Assembly (NCBI GenBank): GCA_964605735.1
Contig: CAZSDS010000001.1
Coordinates: 703,157 to 767,156 of the forward strand
DNA: 64,000 nucleotides
From: an uncultured Candidatus Saccharibacteria bacterium
Lineage (GTDB): Bacteria > Patescibacteriota > Doudnabacteria > UBA920 > O2-02-FULL-48-8
Reading direction: 5' to 3'
Below the pieces are notes generated by a model that worked only from the letters and a program-made list of their open reading frames with translations, was not told the origin of the DNA and did not search any database. Position 1 is the first letter of the stretch. Every line of letters starts with the position of its first letter. Below, in pieces: positions 45,230 to 53,703 of the stretch. Both the position numbers and the translations under genes were made by a program.

Positions 45230-46435
45230 TCAGTTTTGCGTCGTAGGAACGCAGTTACCGCTCGATTCGTTGAAGGTGCCGCGGAGCGTTCTGCTGCGCT
45301 TGGTGCTGTCCGCGGTGTAGAACCTTGATTCGTTCACCGGAATCTTGGGTGTCTCATCGTCGCCACGGTTGGCGACTTGATACACGGCCATGGATTTCGG
45401 CTTGACTCGTTCCGTAAAGCAGGCATCCTGCCCTTCCAGGGGAGTCACGAACGTAATCAAAGCGGGTGCATCTGAGTCAGCGGGAATTTTGCCGTCCCAG
45501 ATGTTGTTGACGTTGTTTGCCGTGTCCACGAAATTGCCGTTCATGTACACTCGAACCCTGCCCATGAACCGGTCAGGCCCTTGCGTGCGGAACGCGGCGA
45601 TGTAGTTCTCACCCATGAAATTGCGGATCTTGCGCGCCTGGTTGACTGAATAGAACCCATATGGGTTGTAACCATACTGGTATCCGTATGCCGCGCCGTA
45701 GTTCAGTCCGTAGCCATATTCAGCCGGGATAGTTTCCAGCGGCGTGCCGGGTTCAAGTCCGAGCGCCATGTTCCGAAAGTGCGTCATGTTAGTCATGTGC
45801 GCACGCGCCAGGGTCTGCGGCGATTCAAGTGCCGGATTTTTGTAGCGGATCGGCTGAACCAAACCCTGGTCCATTGCATCCAGAACAAAGTCGTTGACCA
45901 AGTCCTGGGGCATGACTTGCCGAGGTGCCGTTGGCGGTACACCGTACAAAGGCGGTGTGTAGGCAGGCGGCGTGGCCGGCGTGGCCGGCGTGGTTGGAGC
46001 AATGCTCTCTGCCCGACGCGTCACTTGCGGCGCGCTTGGTGCAGGGGAAATTGCGCCAGAGCGGTGGTGAAGTACCAGGGTGTTGCCCTGGAATTCGTGC
46101 GTGACGTTGTGCGGGCGCAGTGCCCTGAGCAACTTGTCCAGCACATTGCCGAGCGGTTCTTTGACAAATCCGCCCTTGAGCCTGGTTTCGTCCAAGACCC
46201 GTTCTTCTGTTCCGGCGCCCAGCACGTAACTGAATCCAGGTGCTTGCTGGGTGAGGCCGTCGAGGATTTCCCGCAGGCTCCTGTCCTGTCCGGCCGGCGG
46301 CGCATTCAGGCTCACAATCGAGTTGTACACGTTCCCGATGATCCTGGCCGGCTGCTGCGCCCCGGCGAACGCCGGTACGCTGAGCAAAACCAACAGGATC
46401 AGAAAAACGTTGTGCGCGGTTCTGATGCTCTTCAC
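45230..46435 (-). CDS. secreted Pro/Thr- and Tyr/Gly-rich hypothetical protein (start moved to GTG at 46435)
   Basis: GTG start 6 nt after AAGGAGG. The signal peptide KSIRTAHNVFLILLVLLSVPAFAGA is followed by APTTPATPATPPAYTPP and YGYGLNYGAAYGYQYGYNPYGFY low-complexity tracts. GC-rich by eye. Confidence 0.55.
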   Translation of the reverse strand: MKSIRTAHNVFLILLVLLSVPAFAGAQQPARIIGNVYNSIVSLNAPPAGQDRSLREILDGLTQQAPGFSYVLGAGTEERVLDETRLKGGFVKEPLGNVLDKLLRALRPHNVTHEFQGNTLVLHHRSGAISPAPSAPQVTRRAESIAPTTPATPATPPAYTPPLYGVPPTAPRQVMPQDLVNDFVLDAMDQGLVQPIRYKNPALESPQTLARAHMTNMTHFRNMALGLEPGTPLETIPAEYGYGLNYGAAYGYQYGYNPYGFYSVNQARKIRNFMGENYIAAFRTQGPDRFMGRVRVYMNGNFVDTANNVNNIWDGKIPADSDAPALITFVTPLEGQDACFTERVKPKSMAVYQVANRGDDETPKIPVNESRFYTADSTKRSRTLRGTFNESSGNCVPTTQN

Positions 46436-46644
46436 TGTCTTCCTCCTTGGAAGTGAAAATTGCTGATTGGACAATATCTGAAGTGGTGTAAATCGCGAAT
46501 TTATCGAGCAAGTCAAAATATGATTTTGACTTGCAATTATAGCAAAAAAAGAGCATTTTGTCAATGCTCTAGAAAGAACATCTAAAGACCTTTGCGCAGG
46601 CGATATTAACTACTCCAAAAGATTTTGAGAATGAATTAGACAAT

Positions 46645-46672
46645 AAAAAAGAAGGGCCTAAAGATCAGGCCC
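46645..46672 (-). terminator. intrinsic terminator for the minus-strand operon
   Basis: On the minus strand: GGGGCC-tgatcttta-GGCCC followed by TTCTTTTTTATT. Confidence 0.6.
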
Positions 46673-46699
46673 CTCGATGTTCAAGTCCGCAAGTTGCGG

Positions 46700-48556
46700 T
46701 TACTTGAACCGGTAGTAAAATCCTCCTTCCAGCGGAAACCCGTTCACGGCGATTTTAACCGTTGTGGTTGCCGACTGGATTGTAATTTCGTCCCCAGTCA
46801 TGGGATACGCGACACCGTCCACCAGGACGATGATTTGCATCAGGTTCCCACCCTCAACGAGTGGGCCGTGCTGTTGATATCCACGCAGGCCCATTGGTTG
46901 GCTGCACCTAACGTCAGAACCGATGACACGAGCCGCGTAGCCCGAGATCACCAGGGTCTGTCGTGTTGCTGGGATCACGCCGGTGTCGTGCCAGCGCACT
47001 TGTTCGGTTAAGGTCCCCAGATCCACGTAAGTGAGCGGAGACTTTGACGGCTGCGCCGACGCAAACACGTGTTCGGAGCGAGGTTTGTATTCCCGTTCCG
47101 TGCTGCCCATCCGCGAAGCTGCCCCCAGCTTCCTTTGGTACATGTCCAGTGAGTCGAACATATTGTACACACCAGCCACATACAGCATGATCGCAAGAAC
47201 CATGAGCGATCCGGCGGTAGCTGCCCTTTTTCTGTCGCGTGCCACCATTGCATAGACCCAAACGATGGCAATGAAAGTCAGGAGCAGGATGAGCGGGTAC
47301 TTTGGCATGTCAGACATGTTCATGATCTGGTTCCAGAAAGGCTGTCCAAAGATCAGCACTGCCAGAATCAGAGCCACTCCCATAATCTGTTCCACCAAAC
47401 CAAGCTTGTCGCCAGACGTTGCAGCCGAAGACGAGGTACTGGATTTGGTTGTTATAGTGGTTGCCGCTGAACCTGCTGTTGGATCACCCGCACCCGGCAC
47501 TGTTGGTCCAGTTGCGGCGGCGATTACAGGTGCTGGGCCCGCGATGTTTCTCCAAAACCAGATGACCGTGCCAATGAAGGCGAGGCCAAAAAGCATGAGG
47601 ATGATCCATCCAAGCGCCCAGACGAATCTGTTTTTCCAGGTCATTTCCTGCCATCCGGCCGGAACAAAGTTCCAGCTTTCTGACGAGGCAGAAGAGCTTG
47701 GATTAACAGTTCTAGCCCCCAGAATGCGGTCGCGTTTCTGAATCAGAAGGTCGAGTGCCTTCCTTTCTGATTCGGTTAATCCGCGCTGCATGTTTTTGTT
47801 TTGCAGTACAGCGATTTCGCCATACGTTTTGTTCAATTCAGTTTCAGCCTGATTTCTCAGGTTATCTTCGTGTTGGTTCGCGATTTCCCGATTCTTGTTC
47901 ACGAAGACAGCTTCTGACTGAATTTTCTGAACGTGGGCGAGATGGGGAAGCAGGCTTCCCAGAATCGCGAACAGCAGAATACCGCTGATCGCGTATCCGC
48001 TGAGCCTCATCCACTCGTTCCGGTTCAGTGTGATGATACCCCACGTAAACAGGGCCAGAATGATCATCCCAGAGAAGTACGGGCTTGGCCACTGAGGCAT
48101 TGCCGCCAGGATGAAGATGAACACCATCATGGAGGCGATGACCGCGAGAGCTGACCTGACCAGGAATTTCAGGAATACCAGGTCCTCGAAAGTGCCGGTG
48201 CCTGTGTATTCGATCATTCCCTTAGGGTGGGTAGGGAGGTGAAAGTGAATTTTGCCCCTGAGTTTGTTCAGGACAAGATCGACTCCCACTGCAAGAGCGG
48301 CGGCGTTGATGCTCCGTTCGCTCATCAAAAGCATGAGGATGATCGGCGGGTAAACAATCCCCAGCCACGGCATGATGCTGTGGCCGAAAGATCCCAGTGA
48401 ACCGATTGTCACGGTTGCGATCAGCCAGAGCAGTGAAACAAGAAGGAGGCTGAAGTACGATGCCATCAGCGCCCTCATTGCCGTTGCCGCCCAGCCGCCG
48501 ACTGTTCGGACGGCTTCATCCAGAAGCCGGAAGAAGTCCATGATCAAAGCACCCAT
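46700..48556 (-). CDS. large polytopic membrane protein with internal coiled-coil and Thr/Ser-rich linker (function unknown; VirB6/TrbL-like topology is a guess)
   Basis: 618 aa with 10 or more predicted TM segments, an ~100-aa coiled-coil insert and a C-terminal soluble domain. GC-rich by eye. Confidence 0.55.
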   Translation of the reverse strand: MGALIMDFFRLLDEAVRTVGGWAATAMRALMASYFSLLLVSLLWLIATVTIGSLGSFGHSIMPWLGIVYPPIILMLLMSERSINAAALAVGVDLVLNKLRGKIHFHLPTHPKGMIEYTGTGTFEDLVFLKFLVRSALAVIASMMVFIFILAAMPQWPSPYFSGMIILALFTWGIITLNRNEWMRLSGYAISGILLFAILGSLLPHLAHVQKIQSEAVFVNKNREIANQHEDNLRNQAETELNKTYGEIAVLQNKNMQRGLTESERKALDLLIQKRDRILGARTVNPSSSASSESWNFVPAGWQEMTWKNRFVWALGWIILMLFGLAFIGTVIWFWRNIAGPAPVIAAATGPTVPGAGDPTAGSAATTITTKSSTSSSAATSGDKLGLVEQIMGVALILAVLIFGQPFWNQIMNMSDMPKYPLILLLTFIAIVWVYAMVARDRKRAATAGSLMVLAIMLYVAGVYNMFDSLDMYQRKLGAASRMGSTEREYKPRSEHVFASAQPSKSPLTYVDLGTLTEQVRWHDTGVIPATRQTLVISGYAARVIGSDVRCSQPMGLRGYQQHGPLVEGGNLMQIIVLVDGVAYPMTGDEITIQSATTTVKIAVNGFPLEGGFYYRFK

Positions 48557-48579
48557 TGCTATCTCCTTGGTCTCAAAAA

Positions 48580-49242
48580 TTAGCGGTTGAGGAGAGCTGA
48601 CTTCAGCCGGCTCCAGAAGGTTACATGTCTGGCAGGATCCCAGTCGAAGCCAGTGTTTCTGCTTCGCCGCAGATCATCGGCAAGCTCGCGGAGAGTTGGA
48701 CTTCCTGTCTCTTCTGCCCAGCTTGTGATCAGGGCCTGGTTTTTTTCCATCCATACGGCAAAGCTTTTGCCCTTGCCGCTGGAGAAGAATCCAGTGATCT
48801 GACGATCGACCCGCTTCTTGTCCAGGTCCATGAACTTCACGTAGTTCTTCCAGTCGTCATCAGTCATGTTACTGAGTTTCGCCAGGACCTGAGCCGTCTT
48901 TTTCGGGTCGCCGCCCTTGCGGTCTCCTTCGACCTTGTATTGCGCCACCAGGATACGGAACCGGTTCTGCTGGTGGTCGTTCAGCTTACTGACCCTCTTC
49001 AGCAACGTGTGAAGATTTTCAATGCTGACGTTTTCGTCGCTGATGGCAGCGTTGAACAGCTGTTCATCAGCTACGTCGTTGGGCAGAAAGTCGTTGAAGA
49101 TGCTTTTGACCTTGTCCTTTACTTCAGGTCGGTTTACCAGCATCTTGAACATGCTTGCCAAGCCGCTTGTGAAGCTTTCTTCGGCGATAGCTTCACCGCC
49201 TCGCTTGGTCAAACCCCAAATCGTCTTCCAAAAGCTAGCCAT
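48580..49242 (-). CDS. hypothetical cytoplasmic protein (start at ATG 49242 after AAAGGAG)
   Basis: 221-aa ORF; SD 7 nt upstream. It lies 23 bp upstream of the 618-aa membrane protein. Confidence 0.5.
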   Translation of the reverse strand: MASFWKTIWGLTKRGGEAIAEESFTSGLASMFKMLVNRPEVKDKVKSIFNDFLPNDVADEQLFNAAISDENVSIENLHTLLKRVSKLNDHQQNRFRILVAQYKVEGDRKGGDPKKTAQVLAKLSNMTDDDWKNYVKFMDLDKKRVDRQITGFFSSGKGKSFAVWMEKNQALITSWAEETGSPTLRELADDLRRSRNTGFDWDPARHVTFWSRLKSALLNR

Positions 49243-49456
49243 TCGCACGCTCCTTTTTATCTTTGATTTTTCCCAAATTGTGAAACTGCAATCCGTTCGC
49301 CTAGAAAATTCCAGTCTGAAACAGTAAATAATAGCAGAAATTGACGATTTTGTCAAGAATACACAGTAAATAGCACAAATATCCGGTTAATTTAGGTTTA
49401 TGCTGGCGTTTTCATTAAATGTGGGCTTTGGTATAATTACGAGGCTTTAAGAAAAG

Positions 49457-49543
49457 GCCGGGGTGGTGAAATTGGCAGACACGCAAGGTTTAGGACCTTG
49501 TACCCGAAAGGGTGTGGAGGTTCAAGTCCTCTCCCCGGCACCA
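49457..49543 (+). tRNA. tRNA-Leu (UAG), type II
   Basis: Hand-folded: acceptor GCCGGGG/CCCCGGC, anticodon loop TTTAGGA, variable arm, T-arm GGAGGTTCAAGTCCTCT, CCA encoded. Confidence 0.8.
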
Positions 49544-49682
49544 AGAGCATAATAATATGTTATATTGCGGGGACTTGAACGGGCAGAAGTGAGGCAAGTT
49601 CGTAAGGAACGCAGCCAAACGATCGACAAACGTCCAGTGGACGTTTGGCGCTGCCCTGTAAAGAGCGCCAGCAGGCGACTGA

Positions 49683-49708
49683 AAGTCCTCTCCCCGGCAC
49701 CAAGAAGG
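49683..49708 (+). repeat. 23-bp direct repeat of the 3' end of tRNA-Leu(UAG) (att-like scar)
   Basis: AAGTCCTCTCCCCGGCACCAAGA at 49521-49546 is repeated at 49683-49708. The 137 bp between them contains a perfect 9-bp-stem hairpin, CAAACGTCC-agt-GGACGTTTG. Confidence 0.75.
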
Positions 49709-49809
49709 CGCAATAAGCACTTTGGTTTCCAATTGACAGCGTAAATGCTGTTCTCTAAAATTTTAGGACAACTTAATCAATTTAACCAACATTTTAACCA
49801 CCAAATATA

Positions 49810-51708
49810 ATGAATAGATTTGTAAGAAACATTTTGATTGTACTGGCAATTTTTGTGATAGTGGCTGCGGTGTTCAGTTTTGTAAATACTGACGACGCAA
49901 ATGTCGAACGCGTGACCATATCAGAAGTTGCTGAGCAGGCAAAGGCCGGGCAAATTGATCGTGTTGAAGTTGAAGAAGACCGCGTCTATGTATTTTTGAA
50001 AGACGGTACCCAGCAAACAGCAAATAAAGAAAGACAGGAATCGTTCCTCACGGTTTTGGAAACATATGGAGTGACGCAGGAACAGCTTTCAAGTTTCCGA
50101 GTGGACGTGCTTGACTCGTCAGGTTCATCCTTCCTGCTTTCTACGATCCTGCCTTTTGTGATACCATTCCTCTTCATCGCCGCATTCATATGGTTTTTAA
50201 TGCGACAAGTGCAAGGCTCAAACAACCGGGCAATGTCTTTTGGACAGTCCAATGCCAAAGTCATGGAGCAATCCGACCGCCGCAAGCGCGTAACATTTAA
50301 TGACGTCGCGGGCGTGAAGGAAGCCAAAGAAGAGCTGAAAGAAATAGTTGAGTTCTTAAAGTACCCGCAAAAATTCTTTAACCTTGGGGCGCGAATCCCC
50401 AAAGGTGTTTTGTTGCTTGGTCCTCCAGGCGTTGGGAAAACAATTATTGCCCGTGCCGTGGCAGGGGAGGCTAATGTCCCGTTCTTCCACATCTCAGGCT
50501 CTGAGTTCGTGGAAATGTTCGTTGGGGTTGGTGCTTCCCGTGTTCGTGATTTGTTCAAGAAGGCCAAGCGCAATGCTCCGTGTATCATTTTCGTGGATGA
50601 AATTGACGCAGTTGGAAGACAGCGAGGTGCCGGTCTTGGCGGCTCTCATGACGAACGCGAACAAACTTTGAACCAAATTCTCGTAGAGATGGATGGGTTT
50701 GACAACGAGACCAATGTCATTGTTATTGCCGCCACAAACCGTCCGGACGTTTTGGATCCAGCTTTAATGCGCCCTGGCCGATTCGACAGACAAGTCATTT
50801 TGGACCTGCCGGACATTTCTGACCGCGAGGCTATTTTGAAAGTCCATGCCAAAAACAAGCCTTTGTCCCAAAACGTTGATTTGCGCGCTCTGGCTGAAAG
50901 AACCCCAGGCTTCTCCGGTGCGGATCTCGCCAACTTGATGAACGAAGGAGCAATTCTGGCTGCACGCAAAAACAACAAGGAAATCGGGCAAATTGACCTG
51001 TTTGAAGCAATTGAGAAAGTAATGATCGGCCCTGAAAGGAAAAGCCATGTGCTGTCAAAGCGAGAAAAGGAAATCGCTGCCTGGCACGAGGCTGGGCACG
51101 CTCTGGTTGCCACAGTTCTGCCGCACGCAGATCCGGTGCACAAGGTTTCCATTGTTTCGCGCGGGCGGGCTGCAGGTTACACCATGAAAATCCCGACCGA
51201 AGACAAGAACCTGCACTCCAAATCAGAATTCCTGGCAGACCTGGCAGTGTCATTGGCTGGGCAGGCCACGGAAAAAATGATTTTTAACGAAATCACCACC
51301 GGCGCTTCAAACGACTTGAAAGTCGCCACCAACCTTGCCCGCAAACTAGTCACCACCTACGGCATGTCTGATCTGGGCCCTATGACCTTTGGCGACCAGC
51401 ACGAAATGATTTTCCTCGGCCGCGAAATTTCCGAACAGAAAAATTATTCGGAAAAAGTTGCTGCCCGCATTGACGAAGAAGTGGCTGGGTTCATTGACCG
51501 CGCCTACCAGACCGCAACTGATATTTTGATCAAGTACCACAATTACCTCAAAGCAATCGCTGACAAATTAATGGAAGTTGAAACTTTAGAGCGGGAAGAG
51601 TATGAGGCAATCGTCAAAGACATTATTCCGCAGGAAAAACTCTACAAGAGGTCGTCCAGCGAAATGGTCACGCCTCCAACACCTGAGTTCGGCTCCCAAA
51701 CTGCTTAA
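49810..51708 (+). CDS. ftsH: ATP-dependent zinc metalloprotease FtsH
   Basis: Two N-terminal TM helices, AAA+ Walker [12 protein letters not shown], and the zinc-binding HEAGHALV motif. Confidence 0.95.
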   Translation: MNRFVRNILIVLAIFVIVAAVFSFVNTDDANVERVTISEVAEQAKAGQIDRVEVEEDRVYVFLKDGTQQTANKERQESFLTVLETYGVTQEQLSSFRVDVLDSSGSSFLLSTILPFVIPFLFIAAFIWFLMRQVQGSNNRAMSFGQSNAKVMEQSDRRKRVTFNDVAGVKEAKEELKEIVEFLKYPQKFFNLGARIPKGVLLLGPPGVGKTIIARAVAGEANVPFFHISGSEFVEMFVGVGASRVRDLFKKAKRNAPCIIFVDEIDAVGRQRGAGLGGSHDEREQTLNQILVEMDGFDNETNVIVIAATNRPDVLDPALMRPGRFDRQVILDLPDISDREAILKVHAKNKPLSQNVDLRALAERTPGFSGADLANLMNEGAILAARKNNKEIGQIDLFEAIEKVMIGPERKSHVLSKREKEIAAWHEAGHALVATVLPHADPVHKVSIVSRGRAAGYTMKIPTEDKNLHSKSEFLADLAVSLAGQATEKMIFNEITTGASNDLKVATNLARKLVTTYGMSDLGPMTFGDQHEMIFLGREISEQKNYSEKVAARIDEEVAGFIDRAYQTATDILIKYHNYLKAIADKLMEVETLEREEYEAIVKDIIPQEKLYKRSSSEMVTPPTPEFGSQTA

Positions 51709-51713
51709 AACAC

Positions 51714-52652
51714 ATGGAGGGAAACTTCCTCAAAATACTAAAACAGGCCTTTCAACTGACAAAAGGATATAAATTCTTTTGGCTGTTGGGTCTGTTTTTG
51801 GTTTGGTTTAATTTTTTCCGGGCCTTGTTATTGTTGTTCGGCATGAGAAGCGGGATGGATTGGATGCCTTTGGAAGGGAATATTGGCGCTGGGCCGATCA
51901 ATGAGACTGCCGGCAATGGTTGGATCGGTGTAGTCTCTTTGGTATTCATAACACTTGCCGTGATTTTTTATTTCCGAAGCAAGGGTGCGCTGATTTCCGC
52001 AGTCAGCCAGCTTAGGGACAAAAAATCCCTGGACAAGAAACTTGTTTACAGCGAGTCAGAACCCCATACAATTAAACTGATGAAAGTGGGTTTCGGGCTG
52101 ATGGCGGCAATGTTGCTGGTCGGCGCGCTGTTAGCCAGTCCTGTGGTTTACCTGACCGCAAACAATTATTCCAGCCGCGCATTTTCGCTTGGGTTGATGG
52201 CCACCATTATTTACTTGCCAATTTTTTGCATCCTTTATTATCTGGCGGTTTTGACGCCCATGTTTATTGTCCTGCAAAGGATGAGTATAGGCGGGGCACT
52301 CAAAGCCGGGTTTGATCTGATAAGAAAGTATTGGCCGATGCTGATTGCCTTCAGTGCAATACTGCTGTTGGTGGAGCTGGTTTTGGTCATAGTCTCACTT
52401 GGCCTCATGGTTGCCGCAACCTTGCCATTTGTCCTTTTATATAATGTATTTTATGATATGGGAGGCCAGACAGCGGCAAATATTTTGCAGGGACTGGCAA
52501 TTTTAGCTGGTTTTATGGTATTCTTTATCTCCATGGGTTTGGTGGCTGGATTTCAGCGCATCGCATGGACAATAGCATTCTTTGAAATAATCAAACCGGT
52601 GAAAATCGAAGAAGCCGCTACGGCGGAGACTTTGCCGGAAGTAATCACCTGA
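51714..52652 (+). CDS. polytopic membrane protein (hypothetical)
   Basis: 312 aa, 6-8 TM helices, immediately downstream of ftsH. Confidence 0.5.
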   Translation: MEGNFLKILKQAFQLTKGYKFFWLLGLFLVWFNFFRALLLLFGMRSGMDWMPLEGNIGAGPINETAGNGWIGVVSLVFITLAVIFYFRSKGALISAVSQLRDKKSLDKKLVYSESEPHTIKLMKVGFGLMAAMLLVGALLASPVVYLTANNYSSRAFSLGLMATIIYLPIFCILYYLAVLTPMFIVLQRMSIGGALKAGFDLIRKYWPMLIAFSAILLLVELVLVIVSLGLMVAATLPFVLLYNVFYDMGGQTAANILQGLAILAGFMVFFISMGLVAGFQRIAWTIAFFEIIKPVKIEEAATAETLPEVIT

Positions 52653-52657
52653 ATCGC

Positions 52658-52732
52658 GGACGGTTAGCTCAGTGGTAGAGCATCTCTTTGACGTAGAGAG
52701 GGTCATAGGTTCAAATCCTATACCGTCCACCA
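52658..52732 (+). tRNA. tRNA-Val (GAC)
   Basis: Hand-folded: acceptor GGACGGT/ACCGTCC, anticodon loop TTGACGT, T-arm ATAGGTTCAAATCCTAT, CCA. Confidence 0.8.
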
Positions 52733-52824
52733 GAGGAATTAAGGAAAATAATCATTAACGATTTCAGATCTCAAACTCCAACTAGTTTGGTGCTTGTGAT
52801 TTGGAATTCTTGGGGGACAACCCA

Positions 52825-53517
52825 ATGGCTGATTTAAACCAGCTTGAAGAAGAAATAAACATAAAATTCAACGACCGGAATTTGCTGCAAAGCGCCCTGA
52901 CTCACCGTTCTTACCTAAATGAAAACCGTTCCTGGCCGCTGCCACATAACGAGCGCCTCGAATTTTTGGGAGACGCGGTTTTGGAATTGATAACCACTGA
53001 GTATCTGTACCGCAATTTTCCGAACCCGGAAGGTGAGCTGACCAACCTGCGCTCAGCTTTGGTTAACTATAAGATGCTTTCCGAAATCGCCGCTGGAATC
53101 AGGCTGGACAAATACATAATGCTTTCCAAAGGCGAGGCTAAGGATTTGGGGCGTGCCCGGCAGGTTATTTTGGCGAACGCCATGGAAGCGCTTATTGGCG
53201 CAATTTATCTTGATCAGGGATTTGCAAAGTCTGAAGAATTCGTGCACAGGTTTGTAATTAACCAGCTCGCGGCGATTGTTTCCGGCGGGAAGGTCTTGGA
53301 CCCAAAGAGCAAGTTTCAGGAATTGACCCAGGAGAAAATGGGAGTTACTCCGCATTACAAAGTGCTGGCAGAGTGGGGGCCTGATCATAACAAGCAGTTT
53401 GAAGTTGGGGTTTTTGTGCAGGATAAACAGATTGCCAAAGGCCAGGGTAGTTCAAAGCAAGAGGCTGAAATATCAGCGGCGGCCAATGGACTCAAAGTCT
53501 GGTCCGATCAAATTTAG
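52825..53517 (+). CDS. rnc: ribonuclease III
   Basis: ERLEFLGDAVLELIT signature and a C-terminal dsRBD. Start placed at MADLNQ. Confidence 0.9.
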   Translation: MADLNQLEEEINIKFNDRNLLQSALTHRSYLNENRSWPLPHNERLEFLGDAVLELITTEYLYRNFPNPEGELTNLRSALVNYKMLSEIAAGIRLDKYIMLSKGEAKDLGRARQVILANAMEALIGAIYLDQGFAKSEEFVHRFVINQLAAIVSGGKVLDPKSKFQELTQEKMGVTPHYKVLAEWGPDHNKQFEVGVFVQDKQIAKGQGSSKQEAEISAAANGLKVWSDQI

Positions 53518-53519
53518 TG

Positions 53520-53666
53520 CGGCTTAGCCTGCGCATTTTCCTGCTGTCGGGGCACGCAGTGGAACTTCTACAATTTACATTCCTTTAAAGTTGTTCGCTG
53601 CTTCAGGCTCGGCACTGATGTGCCTGCGCCGAATCCCCGCCATCAGAAAAATGCTTCAGCATCGCC
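53520..53666 (-). repeat. copy 3 (inverted orientation) of the ~150-nt hairpin element
   Basis: The reverse complement matches copies 1 and 2 across both conserved arms. Starts 3 bp after the rnc stop codon. Confidence 0.8.
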
Positions 53667-53703
53667 GCAATATTAGCTAGCTTGAGTAATAAAATACCCA
53701 CTA

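Noticed and set aside
45779-46556. Long alternative-frame ORFs (225 aa plus strand, 243 aa minus strand) inside the GC-rich secreted-protein gene.
   Set aside because: Stop-poor alternative frames are typical of high-GC sequence. The annotated frame has a signal peptide and a GTG start with a perfect SD, and these do not.
49490-49732. Two overlapping minus-strand ORFs translating ...SWCRGEDLN... twice.
   Set aside because: They are read through the tRNA-Leu 3' end and its downstream direct repeat. The peptide repeat is a by-product of the DNA repeat (see F6).
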